Positions 8,392 to 18,330 of a DNA stretch of 64,000 nt are shown piece after piece. Within the stretch, counting starts at the first letter, position 1; each line of letters opens with the position of its first letter. The DNA is from an uncultured Spirochaetota bacterium (GTDB lineage: Bacteria > Spirochaetota > Spirochaetia > SZUA-6 > Fen-1364). Below the pieces are notes generated by a model. The model was not told where the DNA came from. It made no database searches and was given only the letters and a program-made list of their open reading frames with translations. The position numbers and the translations under genes were made by a program. The stretch is taken from the NCBI GenBank assembly GCA_963745235.1, contig CAVUXE010000028.1:1-64000 (forward strand), in the 5' to 3' direction.

Positions 8392-9684
8392 ATGAGACAC
8401 TTTTCTTTCAGAGTGGCCGATTCCTTCGAGCCCTCACTCCCATCTGTCCGTCGCCCGAGAAAAGATTCCGGCACAAGTCTGTACAGGCTTCTCAGACAGA
8501 TCAACAAAGGCTTCGGCCGCCATTCCAGTAGGGCTTCAGGTTCATATAGACCTGACACTGACCGGCGGCAGCGGTGCATCGTCAAGGTAAGATATAGTCT
8601 CGGCTCAGGCTCTTTAAGAGCCCACCTTTCATACATTCAACGGAAGGGCTCTGGGAAGGATGGAGAGAGGCCCGAACTATTTGGCAGCTCAGAAAAGTCC
8701 GAACTTACCTCTGGCGAGGCGGGCAAGATGCGTCACTACCGCCTTGTGATCTCGCCCGAGAGTCCAGAGGACTTTCCTCTACAGGTGCTTGCAAAGAAAC
8801 TTATCCAGCGCATCGAATATGATACGGCATACTCGCTCTCCTGGGTCGGAGCCATCCATGAGAATACTGAACACGCTCATATTCACCTGGTAATAAGCGG
8901 GCTGGACAAGAAAGACCGTGAGGTCGCATTCAGCCGAAAGTACATATCCTCGCAAATGCGCGAGCATGCCCGTGACATCCTTACCGAAGCCCTGGGGGAA
9001 CGTCGGCCCGTCCCCGAAGAGGAGCGCTTCAAGAGAGAGATCAAAGCCAATCGTTTCACGAGCCTCGATGAAGCTATCCAGATGGTTTCCAAGACCGGCA
9101 GGGTATCAACAAAGGCACTACGAGCGGTCGCTATGCCTGCAAGAGCTGATGCTGCCGTCGCTCGCCTCAAGTTCCTTGAAGAAGTGGGGCTTGTACACCG
9201 CGAGGGTCGGGATTATCACCTTGCAGCTAACTGGCAAGAATCGCTTGAGGCTTCGCGTCGCTTCGCGAGCTATCTTGAGGCAGCAAGGCAACTGAAGTTC
9301 ACGCCCCCCAGCCTCCTGCGTCTGTATTCTCCTGGAAAAGATGGCCGCATTGTAGGGCGGGTCAGCGCCATTGGCCGGATTGATGAGCTTTCCAACAATA
9401 ACTATATCCTGCTTGAGACCATCGATGGACGAGCGTTCTATGTTCCGCTGTTGCGCAGGCCCCGTGGGATCTCTGTCGGGGATACAATCGCATTGATGAA
9501 ATCACTGGAGCGTGTCTCCACGGGCGGAGAACACAGGTCATCAGCTGGCGGCCGTTCCTCCGCGGCTGCACCTTACATGAGCCTACTGGATGTACGCTAT
9601 GCAAGAATGCCTGATGAAAAACTCAAGTCCGAGCTCACGCGGCTTGGGGAGAAACGAAGCGGCTTCGGACTTCAGCAATCATGA
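8392..9684 (+). CDS. MOBP relaxase (VirD2/RlxS-like, DUF3363-type C-terminus)
   Basis: HLSYIQR catalytic Tyr, RLVISPE, and HUH motif WVGAIHENTEHAHIHLVI. Confidence 0.9.
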   Translation: MRHFSFRVADSFEPSLPSVRRPRKDSGTSLYRLLRQINKGFGRHSSRASGSYRPDTDRRQRCIVKVRYSLGSGSLRAHLSYIQRKGSGKDGERPELFGSSEKSELTSGEAGKMRHYRLVISPESPEDFPLQVLAKKLIQRIEYDTAYSLSWVGAIHENTEHAHIHLVISGLDKKDREVAFSRKYISSQMREHARDILTEALGERRPVPEEERFKREIKANRFTSLDEAIQMVSKTGRVSTKALRAVAMPARADAAVARLKFLEEVGLVHREGRDYHLAANWQESLEASRRFASYLEAARQLKFTPPSLLRLYSPGKDGRIVGRVSAIGRIDELSNNNYILLETIDGRAFYVPLLRRPRGISVGDTIALMKSLERVSTGGEHRSSAGGRSSAAAPYMSLLDVRYARMPDEKLKSELTRLGEKRSGFGLQQS

Positions 9685-9764
9685 CCTAATGGAAGCGCTC
9701 CGCATGGCTTGAAAAAGTATCGCCGGCGATACTTCGAGAAGGCTTTTGGCTTGTTGCTTTTTTG

Positions 9765-9793
9765 TTGCACAATATAAAGCAGTTGGATATAAT
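9765..9793 (+). promoter_or_regulatory. Sigma70-type promoter of virD4, with CAATATAAAGC in its spacer
   Basis: TTGCAC-17 bp-TATAAT; motif at 9770-9780. Confidence 0.7.
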
Positions 9794-9823
9794 TCGCAAA
9801 CAAGGCACCTGAATAGGTCTGGA

Positions 9824-11953
9824 ATGCAAAGCAACATCCGCAACAAGCCAAAGCCCAATTCAAATGTGAACCAAACCTTCGCCGTTTTTCATAAGGCGAT
9901 TCCTCTCACCCTCATCTTTACAGGCCTCTGGATCTCCACTCAAGCCTTCGCCCGAATGTGCGACTATTCATCGATCCTCGGCCCCTGGTGGTTTCGATAC
10001 GGCCCAACGCCCGTCTATCGCCCGTGGATGCTGCTCGCATGGGCATATGAGTTCATTCACTGGAAGCCCGTGCATGAATACCTCTACCAGGCTAGCCTTT
10101 ATCTACTGGTCTTTTCAGGAATAGCGCTGGTCACCTATCTGGTCTTGAGCTTCTTTCGAGGCGGCTATTCCAATACCGATAACCTCTACGGCACTGCCCG
10201 ATGGGCAACCATTCGGGACCTGCGCCGTAACGGCCTCCTCTTTGGCAAAGGCGTGATTTGCGGCCAGACAGCCAATGCAGTCCTACGGGCTGACGCCAAA
10301 ACCGGAACCACGAAGTATCGCCTCTTTCGCTCCGCCAGGATTATCAGCCATGCAGGTGAAACTTCCACGCTTATGGTCGCCCCAAGCAGATCGGGCAAAG
10401 GCGTAAGCACCGTGATTCCTTCACTTCTCTCATGGCCAGGCAGCGTCATTGTCTTTGACCCAAAGGCTGAGAACTGGCATATCACCGCAGGGTTCCGGCG
10501 CGCCTTTTCCCATTGCCTTCGCTTCAGTCCTGTCCTCAAGGATTCAGTTCATTTCAATATCCTTGCCGAGGTCAGACCGGGTGAGAATGCAGTGCGCGAC
10601 GCAGAGATCATCGCCGACATTCTCACCGCTCCCCAGGATGAAAGTGCAGCCAAGGGCGAGAATCAACAGCACTTCATCGACACCGCGAAGAACCTGCTTA
10701 CTGGCGCGATCTTGCACGTTCTCTCTTCACCTGAAATCAGGAACAAAACACTCGGCGGAGTACTGGATTTTCTTTCTTCCTCCGCTTTGGATGCCGACGG
10801 CAAGGAGGACTTTGGTGCCGGCATCTGCAAACAAATGATATTTGGCGAACACCTGGGCGGTCTGCACCCCGTTATCCAGAGCATTGGCAATCAGCAACTT
10901 GCAAGGGCGGATCGCGAGCGCTCAAGCGTTTTTTCCACTGCCGTCCGCGCCGTTCAGACCTTCAAAGATCCTCTGATTCGTAGAAACACCTCGGAGAGTG
11001 ATTTCACCCTTGAGGATTTCGCAGATTCCGCAAACCCCATCTCCCTGTACCTGACTGTGCCTTATTCGGACATCGACCGACTTTCCTCGCTTCTCAGGCT
11101 GCTCATTTCCTTTGTCATTCGGCGTTTCGCGGAAGGTGAAACACGCTATGGCGAGGTCAAGCTAAAGAACCGCATTCTGTTCCTTCTGGATGAGTTTCCG
11201 ATTCTCGGCAGCTTTCCCTTCCTGGAAAAGACCATGGGATTGCTCACCGGCTATGGAATGTCCTTCCTTGTCATCTGTCAGAGCCTCCAGCAGATCATCA
11301 AGCTGTATGGCCCGAACAACTCTTTTATGGAGCACTGCAAGACATGGATCACCTATGCGCCAGGGGACCTCAACAGCGCCAAGACCTTCTCCGAAGTGAC
11401 TGGCAAGGAGTCGATCTGGAAGAAGAGCATTTCCACAAGCGGCAGCAAGTTCTCCGTTGGCCTATCGCATCTGAACTTAAGCGGCAATGAGGTCGAACGC
11501 AACCTCATCAACCCCGATGAGATCATGCGTCTCCCGCCAACGGATCTGTTGGTTTTCGCCCACGGCATGCCCCCCTACCGTGGCAAGAAGATCATCTACT
11601 ACCTGGATTCCCGCTTTAGGCACATCGCCAACCTTCCAGCACCCGAAACGCGAAACGATATCCTCAGTGAACTTCCCCCAGCAACAGCTTCACGAAACCC
11701 TTGGAGCGATCTTGTGGGCGAGGATTACGCGATCACTGAAACCTTTGAAGATGGCGCGGAGCACGTCCCCCCGAGAAGGAAGGAAGGCGCTGCTGGTAGC
11801 GCTGCGGGTACCCTTGAGATAAGCCCCGAGGCGATGCTTCACCCTGAGCAATACTTCCCCCCGGATCCATTTGAAGGGGAAGCCTCCGGTGTCGAGTCCG
11901 ATCCCGAACTTGTCGATTCCCCGTTTGGATCGATCAGGAGGGGAGAATTGTGA
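9824..11953 (+). CDS. virD4: Type IV coupling protein TraG/VirD4
   Basis: YGTARWA, Walker A APSRSGKG, DPKAE, Walker B LFLLDEF, QSLQQI..YG. Start placed downstream of the promoter. Confidence 0.95.
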   Translation: MQSNIRNKPKPNSNVNQTFAVFHKAIPLTLIFTGLWISTQAFARMCDYSSILGPWWFRYGPTPVYRPWMLLAWAYEFIHWKPVHEYLYQASLYLLVFSGIALVTYLVLSFFRGGYSNTDNLYGTARWATIRDLRRNGLLFGKGVICGQTANAVLRADAKTGTTKYRLFRSARIISHAGETSTLMVAPSRSGKGVSTVIPSLLSWPGSVIVFDPKAENWHITAGFRRAFSHCLRFSPVLKDSVHFNILAEVRPGENAVRDAEIIADILTAPQDESAAKGENQQHFIDTAKNLLTGAILHVLSSPEIRNKTLGGVLDFLSSSALDADGKEDFGAGICKQMIFGEHLGGLHPVIQSIGNQQLARADRERSSVFSTAVRAVQTFKDPLIRRNTSESDFTLEDFADSANPISLYLTVPYSDIDRLSSLLRLLISFVIRRFAEGETRYGEVKLKNRILFLLDEFPILGSFPFLEKTMGLLTGYGMSFLVICQSLQQIIKLYGPNNSFMEHCKTWITYAPGDLNSAKTFSEVTGKESIWKKSISTSGSKFSVGLSHLNLSGNEVERNLINPDEIMRLPPTDLLVFAHGMPPYRGKKIIYYLDSRFRHIANLPAPETRNDILSELPPATASRNPWSDLVGEDYAITETFEDGAEHVPPRRKEGAAGSAAGTLEISPEAMLHPEQYFPPDPFEGEASGVESDPELVDSPFGSIRRGEL

Positions 11954-12402
11954 AGCGGCATTCTCCTACCACCGTAATCGGTGTACGAATAGAAGACGGC
12001 CTTCTCACGCGCATCGATGATGTGGTTCGATCCAACAAGAACTACAAAGACCGATCTCAATTCCTTGGTGCCGCGCTTCGTGAGAAGCTCGTCAAAGACT
12101 TCCAAGACTCAGAGCTTCAAGCCATAGCCCTTAGAAAGATATCAAAGGACATCCACGTTCTGGATGACAAGCTTTCGACGCTCATAGAGCTTTTTGGGGA
12201 GTTCATTTTCGCCTTCTTCATGAGTAGCGCTCCCCTGCCCCTGGATGACAAGAAAAGGCTCGCAGCAATCGCCATCCCCGCGAAGAGGCAATACGAAGCC
12301 TTCCTCGAGAACTTCATCGACAAGACGAAGAAATCCGCCACGGGCCTTCTTTCCAAGCTGGCAGCGGATCTCATCGAGGAGCAGGGCGAAAGCCATGGCT
12401 GA
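11950..12402 (+). CDS. Ribbon-helix-helix (CopG-like) regulator
   Basis: VIGVRIEDGLLTRIDDVV...DRSQFLGAALRE; sits between traG and trbB as in Tn4371-type elements. Confidence 0.7.
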   Translation: MKRHSPTTVIGVRIEDGLLTRIDDVVRSNKNYKDRSQFLGAALREKLVKDFQDSELQAIALRKISKDIHVLDDKLSTLIELFGEFIFAFFMSSAPLPLDDKKRLAAIAIPAKRQYEAFLENFIDKTKKSATGLLSKLAADLIEEQGESHG

Positions 12403-13352
12403 AAGCCGAACCCTGTATCAACGACAGCTTGCCAACCTTGACGAGGACCTGAAGCCCATCATGGCAGAACTGCTTGATGAGCGGGTCACCGACATCATGG
12501 TGAACCCCGGGGGCCGACCTATGGGTAAAGAGGTTCGGAGAGACCACTTCATTCAGCGGCAGAGTCATCGAACGAGAAGCCATCTTGAGAATCATCATGT
12601 CCACCGCTGCCCTGATCGAGAAGAAGGTTACCAAAGACGAGTGGAACTTGAGCGGGGTCATACCCAAGTACAACGCCAGGATCGAAGCTTTCATCGAGCC
12701 AACAGTATCATCCCCCACTTTCTGCCTGCGCAAGCCGACGCTGCTTGCCTTATCCCTTGCCGACTATGTCAGGGATGAAAGGCTGAGCCTCACTCACCAA
12801 AAGATCATCATTCAAGCGGTCAAGGACCGCAAGAACATTCTCATAGGAGGTGGCACGGGTACAGGGAAAACCACCCTCCTCAACGCCATTATCAGCGAGA
12901 TAGCCCGCTTGCGCCCCGCGGATCGTCTTTACATCGTCGAGGATACCCCAGAGATCAACTGCAAGGCCCCCAACTTTGTCTCCCTTGTGGTGCTTCCAAA
13001 CGAGTCGATAAGGGCGGTCCGCTCCGCCCTGCGGTACAAGCCCGATCGCATCATCTTCGGCGAGCTGCGCTACGGCGAGGTCGCCCTTGAATGGCTGAAG
13101 GCCAGTTCAACCGGGCACCCCGGCGGCATGTGCACCCTCCATGCAGATAGCGCCCAGCGGATGCTCCCTCGCATGCGCGATCTTCTCCTCGAATGTTTCG
13201 CCACCGCGGTGCCCTTGAACATTATCTACGAGGCCATAGGTCTCTGCGTTTACCTGAAAGAGATTCCAGATTTCGGCCCGCGGGTCGTTGAGGTGGCGGA
13301 AGTGCGGCCTGGCTTAGATGCCGGGGGCAATTTCCAATATGCAACCTACTGA
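12395..13352 (+). CDS. trbB: TrbB/VirB11 conjugative ATPase (one frameshift near 12505-12520)
   Basis: VTDIMVNP, then GGTGTGKTT, VEDTPE, LRYKPDRIIFGELR, TGHPGG..TLHA. Confidence 0.88.
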
Positions 13353-13367
13353 AGGAGGAGGCATCAC

Positions 13368-13685
13368 ATGAGCGAAAAGAGTCTTCATCGGCGTGTTCTC
13401 TCGGTCGGCCTGTTCTATTTCCTTGCTGCGGCAGCCACGAGCTACGCTGCGGACATCACCGATTCCCTTGGCCTGGGATCGAAGCTTGACGATATCGTCA
13501 ACATCTTCAAGAGCAAATTGATCCGGGTCATACTGATCGTCGCTGTGGGCGGCTGCGCTATTGGCCTCATCGTCAACAAAGACAACGAGGCGATGAAGAA
13601 ACGGTTCATGATCATAGGCGTTGCCGCAATCATCCTTCTCGGCGTTCAAGGCCTTGTGGACTTCGTCTGGACTCCCAAGGGTTGA
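13368..13685 (+). CDS. trbC: TrbC/VirB2 pilin
   Basis: Signal peptide plus two hydrophobic helices, located after trbB; GGAGGAGG RBS. Confidence 0.75.
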   Translation: MSEKSLHRRVLSVGLFYFLAAAATSYAADITDSLGLGSKLDDIVNIFKSKLIRVILIVAVGGCAIGLIVNKDNEAMKKRFMIIGVAAIILLGVQGLVDFVWTPKG

Positions 13686-13699
13686 CCCTGCCCCGCCAC

Positions 13700-13743
13700 G
13701 GCCTGTCGCTCCCCTCTGATACAGATCGAGGGGACGGCAGGCC
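13700..13743 (+). terminator. GC-rich stem-loop after the pilin gene (attenuator/mRNA stabiliser)
   Basis: GGCCTGTCG.TCCCCTC ... GAGGGGACGGCAGGCC. Confidence 0.55.
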
Positions 13744-13761
13744 TTCATTTGGAGGCTATAT

Positions 13762-14025
13762 ATGGAAAGCGAGAACGTTACTGACTATCCTTGGAAGGTC
13801 CACCGATCTCTTTTGAGGCGGGATCTTGTTGCCGGGGTGTCCCGCATCACCTTTGCCATCATTATCGCACTCACCGTCTATATGGTGTTTGGGGTGCGGC
13901 AATACTGGTTTGCGGGGGTTACGGTGATCTTGTACTTCGTAGTACGCGCTTTGACCAAGTCTGACGAGTACCTGGTGGAGATCATCCTCGATTCTCTTCT
14001 ACTTCCAGATGACCTTTACCCATGA
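13762..14025 (+). CDS. trbD: TrbD/VirB3
   Basis: VHRSLLRRDLVAGVSR, two TM segments, K.DEY. Confidence 0.8.
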   Translation: MESENVTDYPWKVHRSLLRRDLVAGVSRITFAIIIALTVYMVFGVRQYWFAGVTVILYFVVRALTKSDEYLVEIILDSLLLPDDLYP

Positions 14026-14155
14026 TATGATCGGATGGACAGTAGGGGGCATCCCCTGCATCCATACGCCGGTCCACTCACCACAGGGGCATCGGGTAGA
14101 AACCCTCTTTTGTTGACCTTTACGCTTATGTACAATATGGTCGATAGGGAAATCG

Positions 14156-14596
14156 GTGACAAAAGCAGTTGCATTCCTTGATCAGCTTGCAAGAACACGC
14201 AAACTCTTAAGCTTCTCAAAAAACTATAAGCTGTCCTACGTCTATCTCTGGCAGCTAAAAACGCCCAAGACGGACTCGAAGGGCAAGCCCACAAGAGATC
14301 CTGAGACTGGAAAAGTCGTCTACCGGCGAACCCCATCCTTTAAGATCATAAACAGACTGAAAAACGTGATTCCCACCGAGCACTGGTACGAGGAGGCAAC
14401 TGTTTCACATGGGGAGGAGTATGGCTCCCGATCAAAGAGGGCGACGCCCCGCTCTGCCTCGCCAAGGGATCTCTGGCTTCTTCCAGACGACCCTTTCTGC
14501 GGTGTTGTCTCTGCCTATGACTGTGATCCCCAGCTTGCCGTGCATTCTGGCAGGTTTTCCACCAAGGCTTTGCCTAAGATCATACTTGACTTCTAG
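14156..14596 (+). CDS. Hypothetical basic protein, possible HTH regulator
   Basis: KLSYVYLWQL...RTPSFKII..L resembles an Xre/Cro-like HTH with an insertion; the C-terminal half is doubtful. Confidence 0.4.
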   Translation: MTKAVAFLDQLARTRKLLSFSKNYKLSYVYLWQLKTPKTDSKGKPTRDPETGKVVYRRTPSFKIINRLKNVIPTEHWYEEATVSHGEEYGSRSKRATPRSASPRDLWLLPDDPFCGVVSAYDCDPQLAVHSGRFSTKALPKIILDF

Positions 14597-14639
14597 TTCT
14601 GCTCGGCTTACAACAATATAAAGCTATTGCTTTATATTG
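14586..14639 (+). promoter_or_regulatory. parA promoter with a perfect palindromic operator
   Basis: TTGACT-17-TACAAC followed by CAATATAAAGC-tatt-GCTTTATATTG (14614-14639). Confidence 0.75.
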
Positions 14640-14648
14640 GAGGAGCCC

Positions 14649-15377
14649 ATGAAGACAATCACCATCGGCACGATCAAGGGCGGAGACGGCAAGTCAAGCC
14701 TTTGCATCCTCCTCTCCCGCTACCTCGCCAGCATCGGAAAGCGCATCCTCACTATCGACTTGGACGTTCAAAACTCCACTTCCTACAGCCTTCTGCCGGA
14801 TGGCGATCCCGGCGGGCGACATATCGTTCGGGCGATCATCGAAGACGATATTGCAAGCCAGACCATTCAGCTCGGCCCCTGCCACTTCCTTGTTCAGTGT
14901 GACTACAAGCTTACCCAGCTGCGCACCATGTCCGCCCAGACCATCCGCTCATGCCTTTCAAAGGTCAGCGGCGATTACGACTTCTGTCTCATCGATACCC
15001 CACCCTACTACGACAACATCGTTATCAGCGGCATGACCGCCGCAGACCTGATCATTATGCCCGTGATGCTGAAGAACTCCTTTTCGATAAAGGCAAGCCG
15101 CTTCGTTCGGGAGGCCCTCAGCGTGGATGCACCCCTTCTGGCGGAGCGTCTGTTTGTCCTTTACAACTTCTTCGAAGCTGACGGGGTCGGTGAGCAGTAC
15201 ATGGAGCACTTCCAAGTGATACACGGCAATGCATTCTTTGGTGTACGCTTCCCAAAGACAGCACAAGTCCGCCGAGCCGTGGACTACCACCAGTTACCGA
15301 CAAACTCCTCAAGATTCGATGTTCTTTTCCCGGCCCTCCAGGCACTTGCCCAGGAAGTCATGGACTGGTTTGAGTGA
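14649..15377 (+). CDS. parA: ParA-family partition ATPase
   Basis: Deviant Walker A KGGDGKS, IDLDVQNS, DFCLIDTPP. Confidence 0.92.
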   Translation: MKTITIGTIKGGDGKSSLCILLSRYLASIGKRILTIDLDVQNSTSYSLLPDGDPGGRHIVRAIIEDDIASQTIQLGPCHFLVQCDYKLTQLRTMSAQTIRSCLSKVSGDYDFCLIDTPPYYDNIVISGMTAADLIIMPVMLKNSFSIKASRFVREALSVDAPLLAERLFVLYNFFEADGVGEQYMEHFQVIHGNAFFGVRFPKTAQVRRAVDYHQLPTNSSRFDVLFPALQALAQEVMDWFE

Positions 15378-15390
15378 GTGAGGCAGATGT

Positions 15391-16273
15391 ATGCCGCCAA
15401 AAGGAAAGCTTCAAATAGGTTCGAACATCGGCATCGACAAGGAGCAAGCCTACAAGGACAGAATTGCTGACCTTGAAAAGAACCAGGTCGGGGAGATTCC
15501 CCTCGTCCTAATTGACGAGATCAAGAACGTCCGAAGCCGCTACGATGAAGAGGGCATCAGGCAGCTCGCCGCTTCCATCGAAAAAAGAGGGCTCCTGCAG
15601 CCTGTCATCTTAAGCGAAATGGGAACACGCTACGGCATCCAGGCAGGCCATCGGCGTGTGCTAGCTTTCAAACTGCTGAAGCGTGAAACCATCCCTGCCC
15701 TTGTTAAGCCCTCACCCGAGATGCTTGCCGAGATCCAGTTGATTGAAAACATCCAGCGGGAAGATCTTTCACCCGCGGACCTCGAGATCGCTGTCAAGGC
15801 TCTGGTTGCGCGGTATGGCTCCCAGGAGGCGGTTACAGAGCTTCTTATGAAGAGCAAACAGTGGGTGAGCAATGTGATTGCCGCAGCCAACGCCCGTGAA
15901 GGACTCAGCCCAATACTTGAGCAGCATGGCGTGAAAGGTTCTCTGCCTTCCGGTCATCTGAGGGACATAGCGGCCCTGCCTGAAGCGAGATCGAGTGAAA
16001 GCTGCCAAAGAAGCCCTGGATAACGGGGGCGGCAAGCGTGCGTTCCGCGCGGCCGCTCAAAAGGCCAAAGAGAAACGCAGCCGGTCGGTGCCCAATACGA
16101 AGGGCCATCACATGTTTACCGTGATCCTTACAGCTGAGAAGGAGCCTGATGGCACTATCACAGTCAAACCCGAGATCAGCGGGCAAGCAAGCGCAGAGGT
16201 CAAAGCGCGATTTGATTCCTTCTGCGAGGAGGTTAAGTCGCTTCTCATCGGCAAAGGTGCCACTGCAAACTGA
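15391..16273 (+). CDS. parB: ParB-family partition protein (frameshift near 15990)
   Basis: LAASIEKRGLLQPV, AGHRR, QLIENIQREDLS, HTH; continues in ORF 15995..16273. Confidence 0.85.
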
Positions 16274-16339
16274 TCCTGTTCGCCTCCATGCGGTCCGAAG
16301 CATGTGTTGACAACAGGATTTTCAGGTGAAGGTGCTTCA

Positions 16340-16477
16340 ATGGTTAATCCGTTTCTTCGCCGTCCAGGTTTCCAGCATCGCCTGCCTGCGGTCATTCGAA
16401 GACTCATTCTCATCGTTGCAAGTACCCTGATCGCTTACTACGTCCTTTCGACGTTTCTCAAGGGCCTTGCGCAATAG
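16340..16477 (+). CDS. Small single-TM peptide (45 aa)
   Basis: Manual translation MVNPFLRRPGFQHRLPAVIRRLILIVASTLIAYYVLSTFLKGLAQ; GAAGGTG upstream. Confidence 0.45.
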   Translation: MVNPFLRRPGFQHRLPAVIRRLILIVASTLIAYYVLSTFLKGLAQ

Positions 16478-16524
16478 GGCCAGCCGACATCGATATGAGT
16501 TATTGGTCCCACAGAGACAGCTTG

Positions 16525-16968
16525 CTATTGCGTTTTTTCACATGCCTTCAGATCTTCCAATAGGGAGCACTTCTGTATCGTCACGAGATAGAGCTCTTTG
16601 ACCATATACAGGCCAAAGCTGCGTTGTGGGGTGAGCATCCCAAGCTGGGGCCAGAAAGCTAGCGGGATCTCCTCAAGAGCGCCTACCTTTTCCTGAATCG
16701 CTCGTACAGCTTTCCTCAACCGCCCCACCTCCGCCCCGCGGACCGAAAGAAGTATCCTATAGCCCCCTTCGATGTTTGGTAGGGACTCTTGCTGCTCACC
16801 CTGGCATCGAAGAACATAGCCGCGCCATTCTCCAGGGTAGTAGTAGTATACTGGAATGATTCGTCCCTCCATGAACACGAAATCCTTTCCCACGTCTCCA
16901 TCGCCGCTTGCGTCGATGAACATAGAAACGGGATCAGTCTCGGCCGGTGGGCGCATTCGCAGCTTCAT
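16525..16968 (-). CDS. Hypothetical protein
   Basis: 147-aa ORF with globular composition, divergent from the ardC unit. Confidence 0.55.
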   Translation of the reverse strand: MKLRMRPPAETDPVSMFIDASGDGDVGKDFVFMEGRIIPVYYYYPGEWRGYVLRCQGEQQESLPNIEGGYRILLSVRGAEVGRLRKAVRAIQEKVGALEEIPLAFWPQLGMLTPQRSFGLYMVKELYLVTIQKCSLLEDLKACEKTQ

Positions 16969-16977
16969 AATTTATTA

Positions 16978-17006
16978 TTGCATTCTGCTTTATTTTGTTA
17001 TACAAT
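16978..17006 (+). promoter_or_regulatory. Sigma70-type promoter of the ardC unit, with an operator half-site
   Basis: TTGCAT-17-TACAAT; GCTTTATTTTG at 16987-16997 (10/11 match to the parA operator arm). Confidence 0.65.
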
Positions 17007-17157
17007 GAATCCGCGTTTTATGGTAGCAATGAGATGCCTTGAGTGCTCTCTGGCGGAGGTTCTTCGGCATGACAGGCGATAGAGATTGTGATGGCGGCTT
17101 CCTTTCGGCATCCCGAATGCCCGATCGCAATCCTCTCGTCCGCGGAAAGGAGAGTCT

Positions 17158-17460
17158 ATGAGCTTCAGCAAAAAATCGGACACGGCGGCCCGCTTCACAC
17201 ACCTTGCGGGGCAGCAGCTCACCGACGAGCATGGCAAGCCCTTCATCAACGACACTATCGATAGTGACACGGGGGCGATACTGCGATTTAAGAATGGGTT
17301 CCTCGACGGCGGGCGACTCCCTGCCATCGAATGCGACGATGCCCACATGGAGTTCTACAAGGAAGGGCAGCTGCATCGTGAGGATGGCCCCGCTGTGATA
17401 TCCGACTACGGCAAGGTCAAGGAATACTGGAAGAATGGCCACCGTGCCTCAAATCCGTAG
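17158..17460 (+). CDS. Hypothetical protein with an LHREDGPA beta-hairpin repeat (MORN/YwqK-like)
   Basis: FKNGFLDG..LPAI and YKEGQLHREDGPAVI...EYWKNG; GGAG RBS. Confidence 0.7.
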   Translation: MSFSKKSDTAARFTHLAGQQLTDEHGKPFINDTIDSDTGAILRFKNGFLDGGRLPAIECDDAHMEFYKEGQLHREDGPAVISDYGKVKEYWKNGHRASNP

Positions 17461-17481
17461 CATCGCAAGAGGACAGCTATC

Positions 17482-18303
17482 ATGACAATCAATCATGACG
17501 AGGATGCTTACACCAGGGATGTCGCCTCGCGGATCAGCCGAATGACCCTTGAAGGGAAGGCTCCCTGGCTCAAGGACCATCCTGCAGGCGCTGCTGAAGT
17601 CTCTTATTACCCCTTCATCGACCCGGCACCTATCTACACCGGGGTCAACGCCGTTCTTCTTGATCTTGTTGCCGCGGAGCGCGGTTTCAAGGATCCCCGC
17701 TGGATTCCCATGGCCATGGTGGAGTCAAACAAACTCTCTCCCAAATACGGAGAAAAGCCGGTTTGCCTTGCATTCCGCAACAGGTTTGTCGAAGTCACGG
17801 ATACCAATCCGATAAGTGGTACCGTTGCCTCCGCCCTTTCCGACAGCGCAAAGAGGATCAGCTACTATTACGTCTACAATGCAGAGCAGATTCGGGGCAT
17901 GCCTCCTTTGCAGAAGGATAGGGACACAACTCTTGTCAAAATGAAGACGGAAAACGCCCTCAAGAACACGGGCGCGAAGCGCACCTCAGAGCTGATTCAA
18001 TCCTTCTCCAGGCAATTGCCCAGCCACAATTGCGAAGCTCAAGAAACACTCGCTGCGATTGCAAAGTACCGCCTTGCCTGCCAGCTGCGCCTTCCCTACA
18101 AGGCCGATGTCAACCTCGAAAAGGCTCGTCGTGAAGTGCAGAAAAGAGATCGAGAATCCCTTCTTCGTGCTGCCTATTATGCAGCCAACGATGCCTCAAT
18201 AGCGACCAATCCTGGAAAGGCTTTGGTTGTGGAGCCCCGGAGAACCATTCAGAGGGATCCAGAGCTGTCACACACAAGAAGCTCACGCGGTATTGAGCGG
18301 TAG
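17482..18303 (+). CDS. ArdC-like ssDNA-binding (DUF1738) protein lacking the metallopeptidase motif
   Basis: GKAPW, YTGVN..LL, GFKDPRW, GEK, YYVYNAEQIRG; no HExxH. Confidence 0.8.
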   Translation: MTINHDEDAYTRDVASRISRMTLEGKAPWLKDHPAGAAEVSYYPFIDPAPIYTGVNAVLLDLVAAERGFKDPRWIPMAMVESNKLSPKYGEKPVCLAFRNRFVEVTDTNPISGTVASALSDSAKRISYYYVYNAEQIRGMPPLQKDRDTTLVKMKTENALKNTGAKRTSELIQSFSRQLPSHNCEAQETLAAIAKYRLACQLRLPYKADVNLEKARREVQKRDRESLLRAAYYAANDASIATNPGKALVVEPRRTIQRDPELSHTRSSRGIER

Positions 18304-18330
18304 TTTTGCACCTTGCGGCGGAGGTAGACC

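Noticed and set aside
12500-12520. Programmed frameshift or phase variation in trbB (CCCCGGGGG)
   Set aside because: The run is short, and similar indels occur in unrelated genes, which points to sequencing error.
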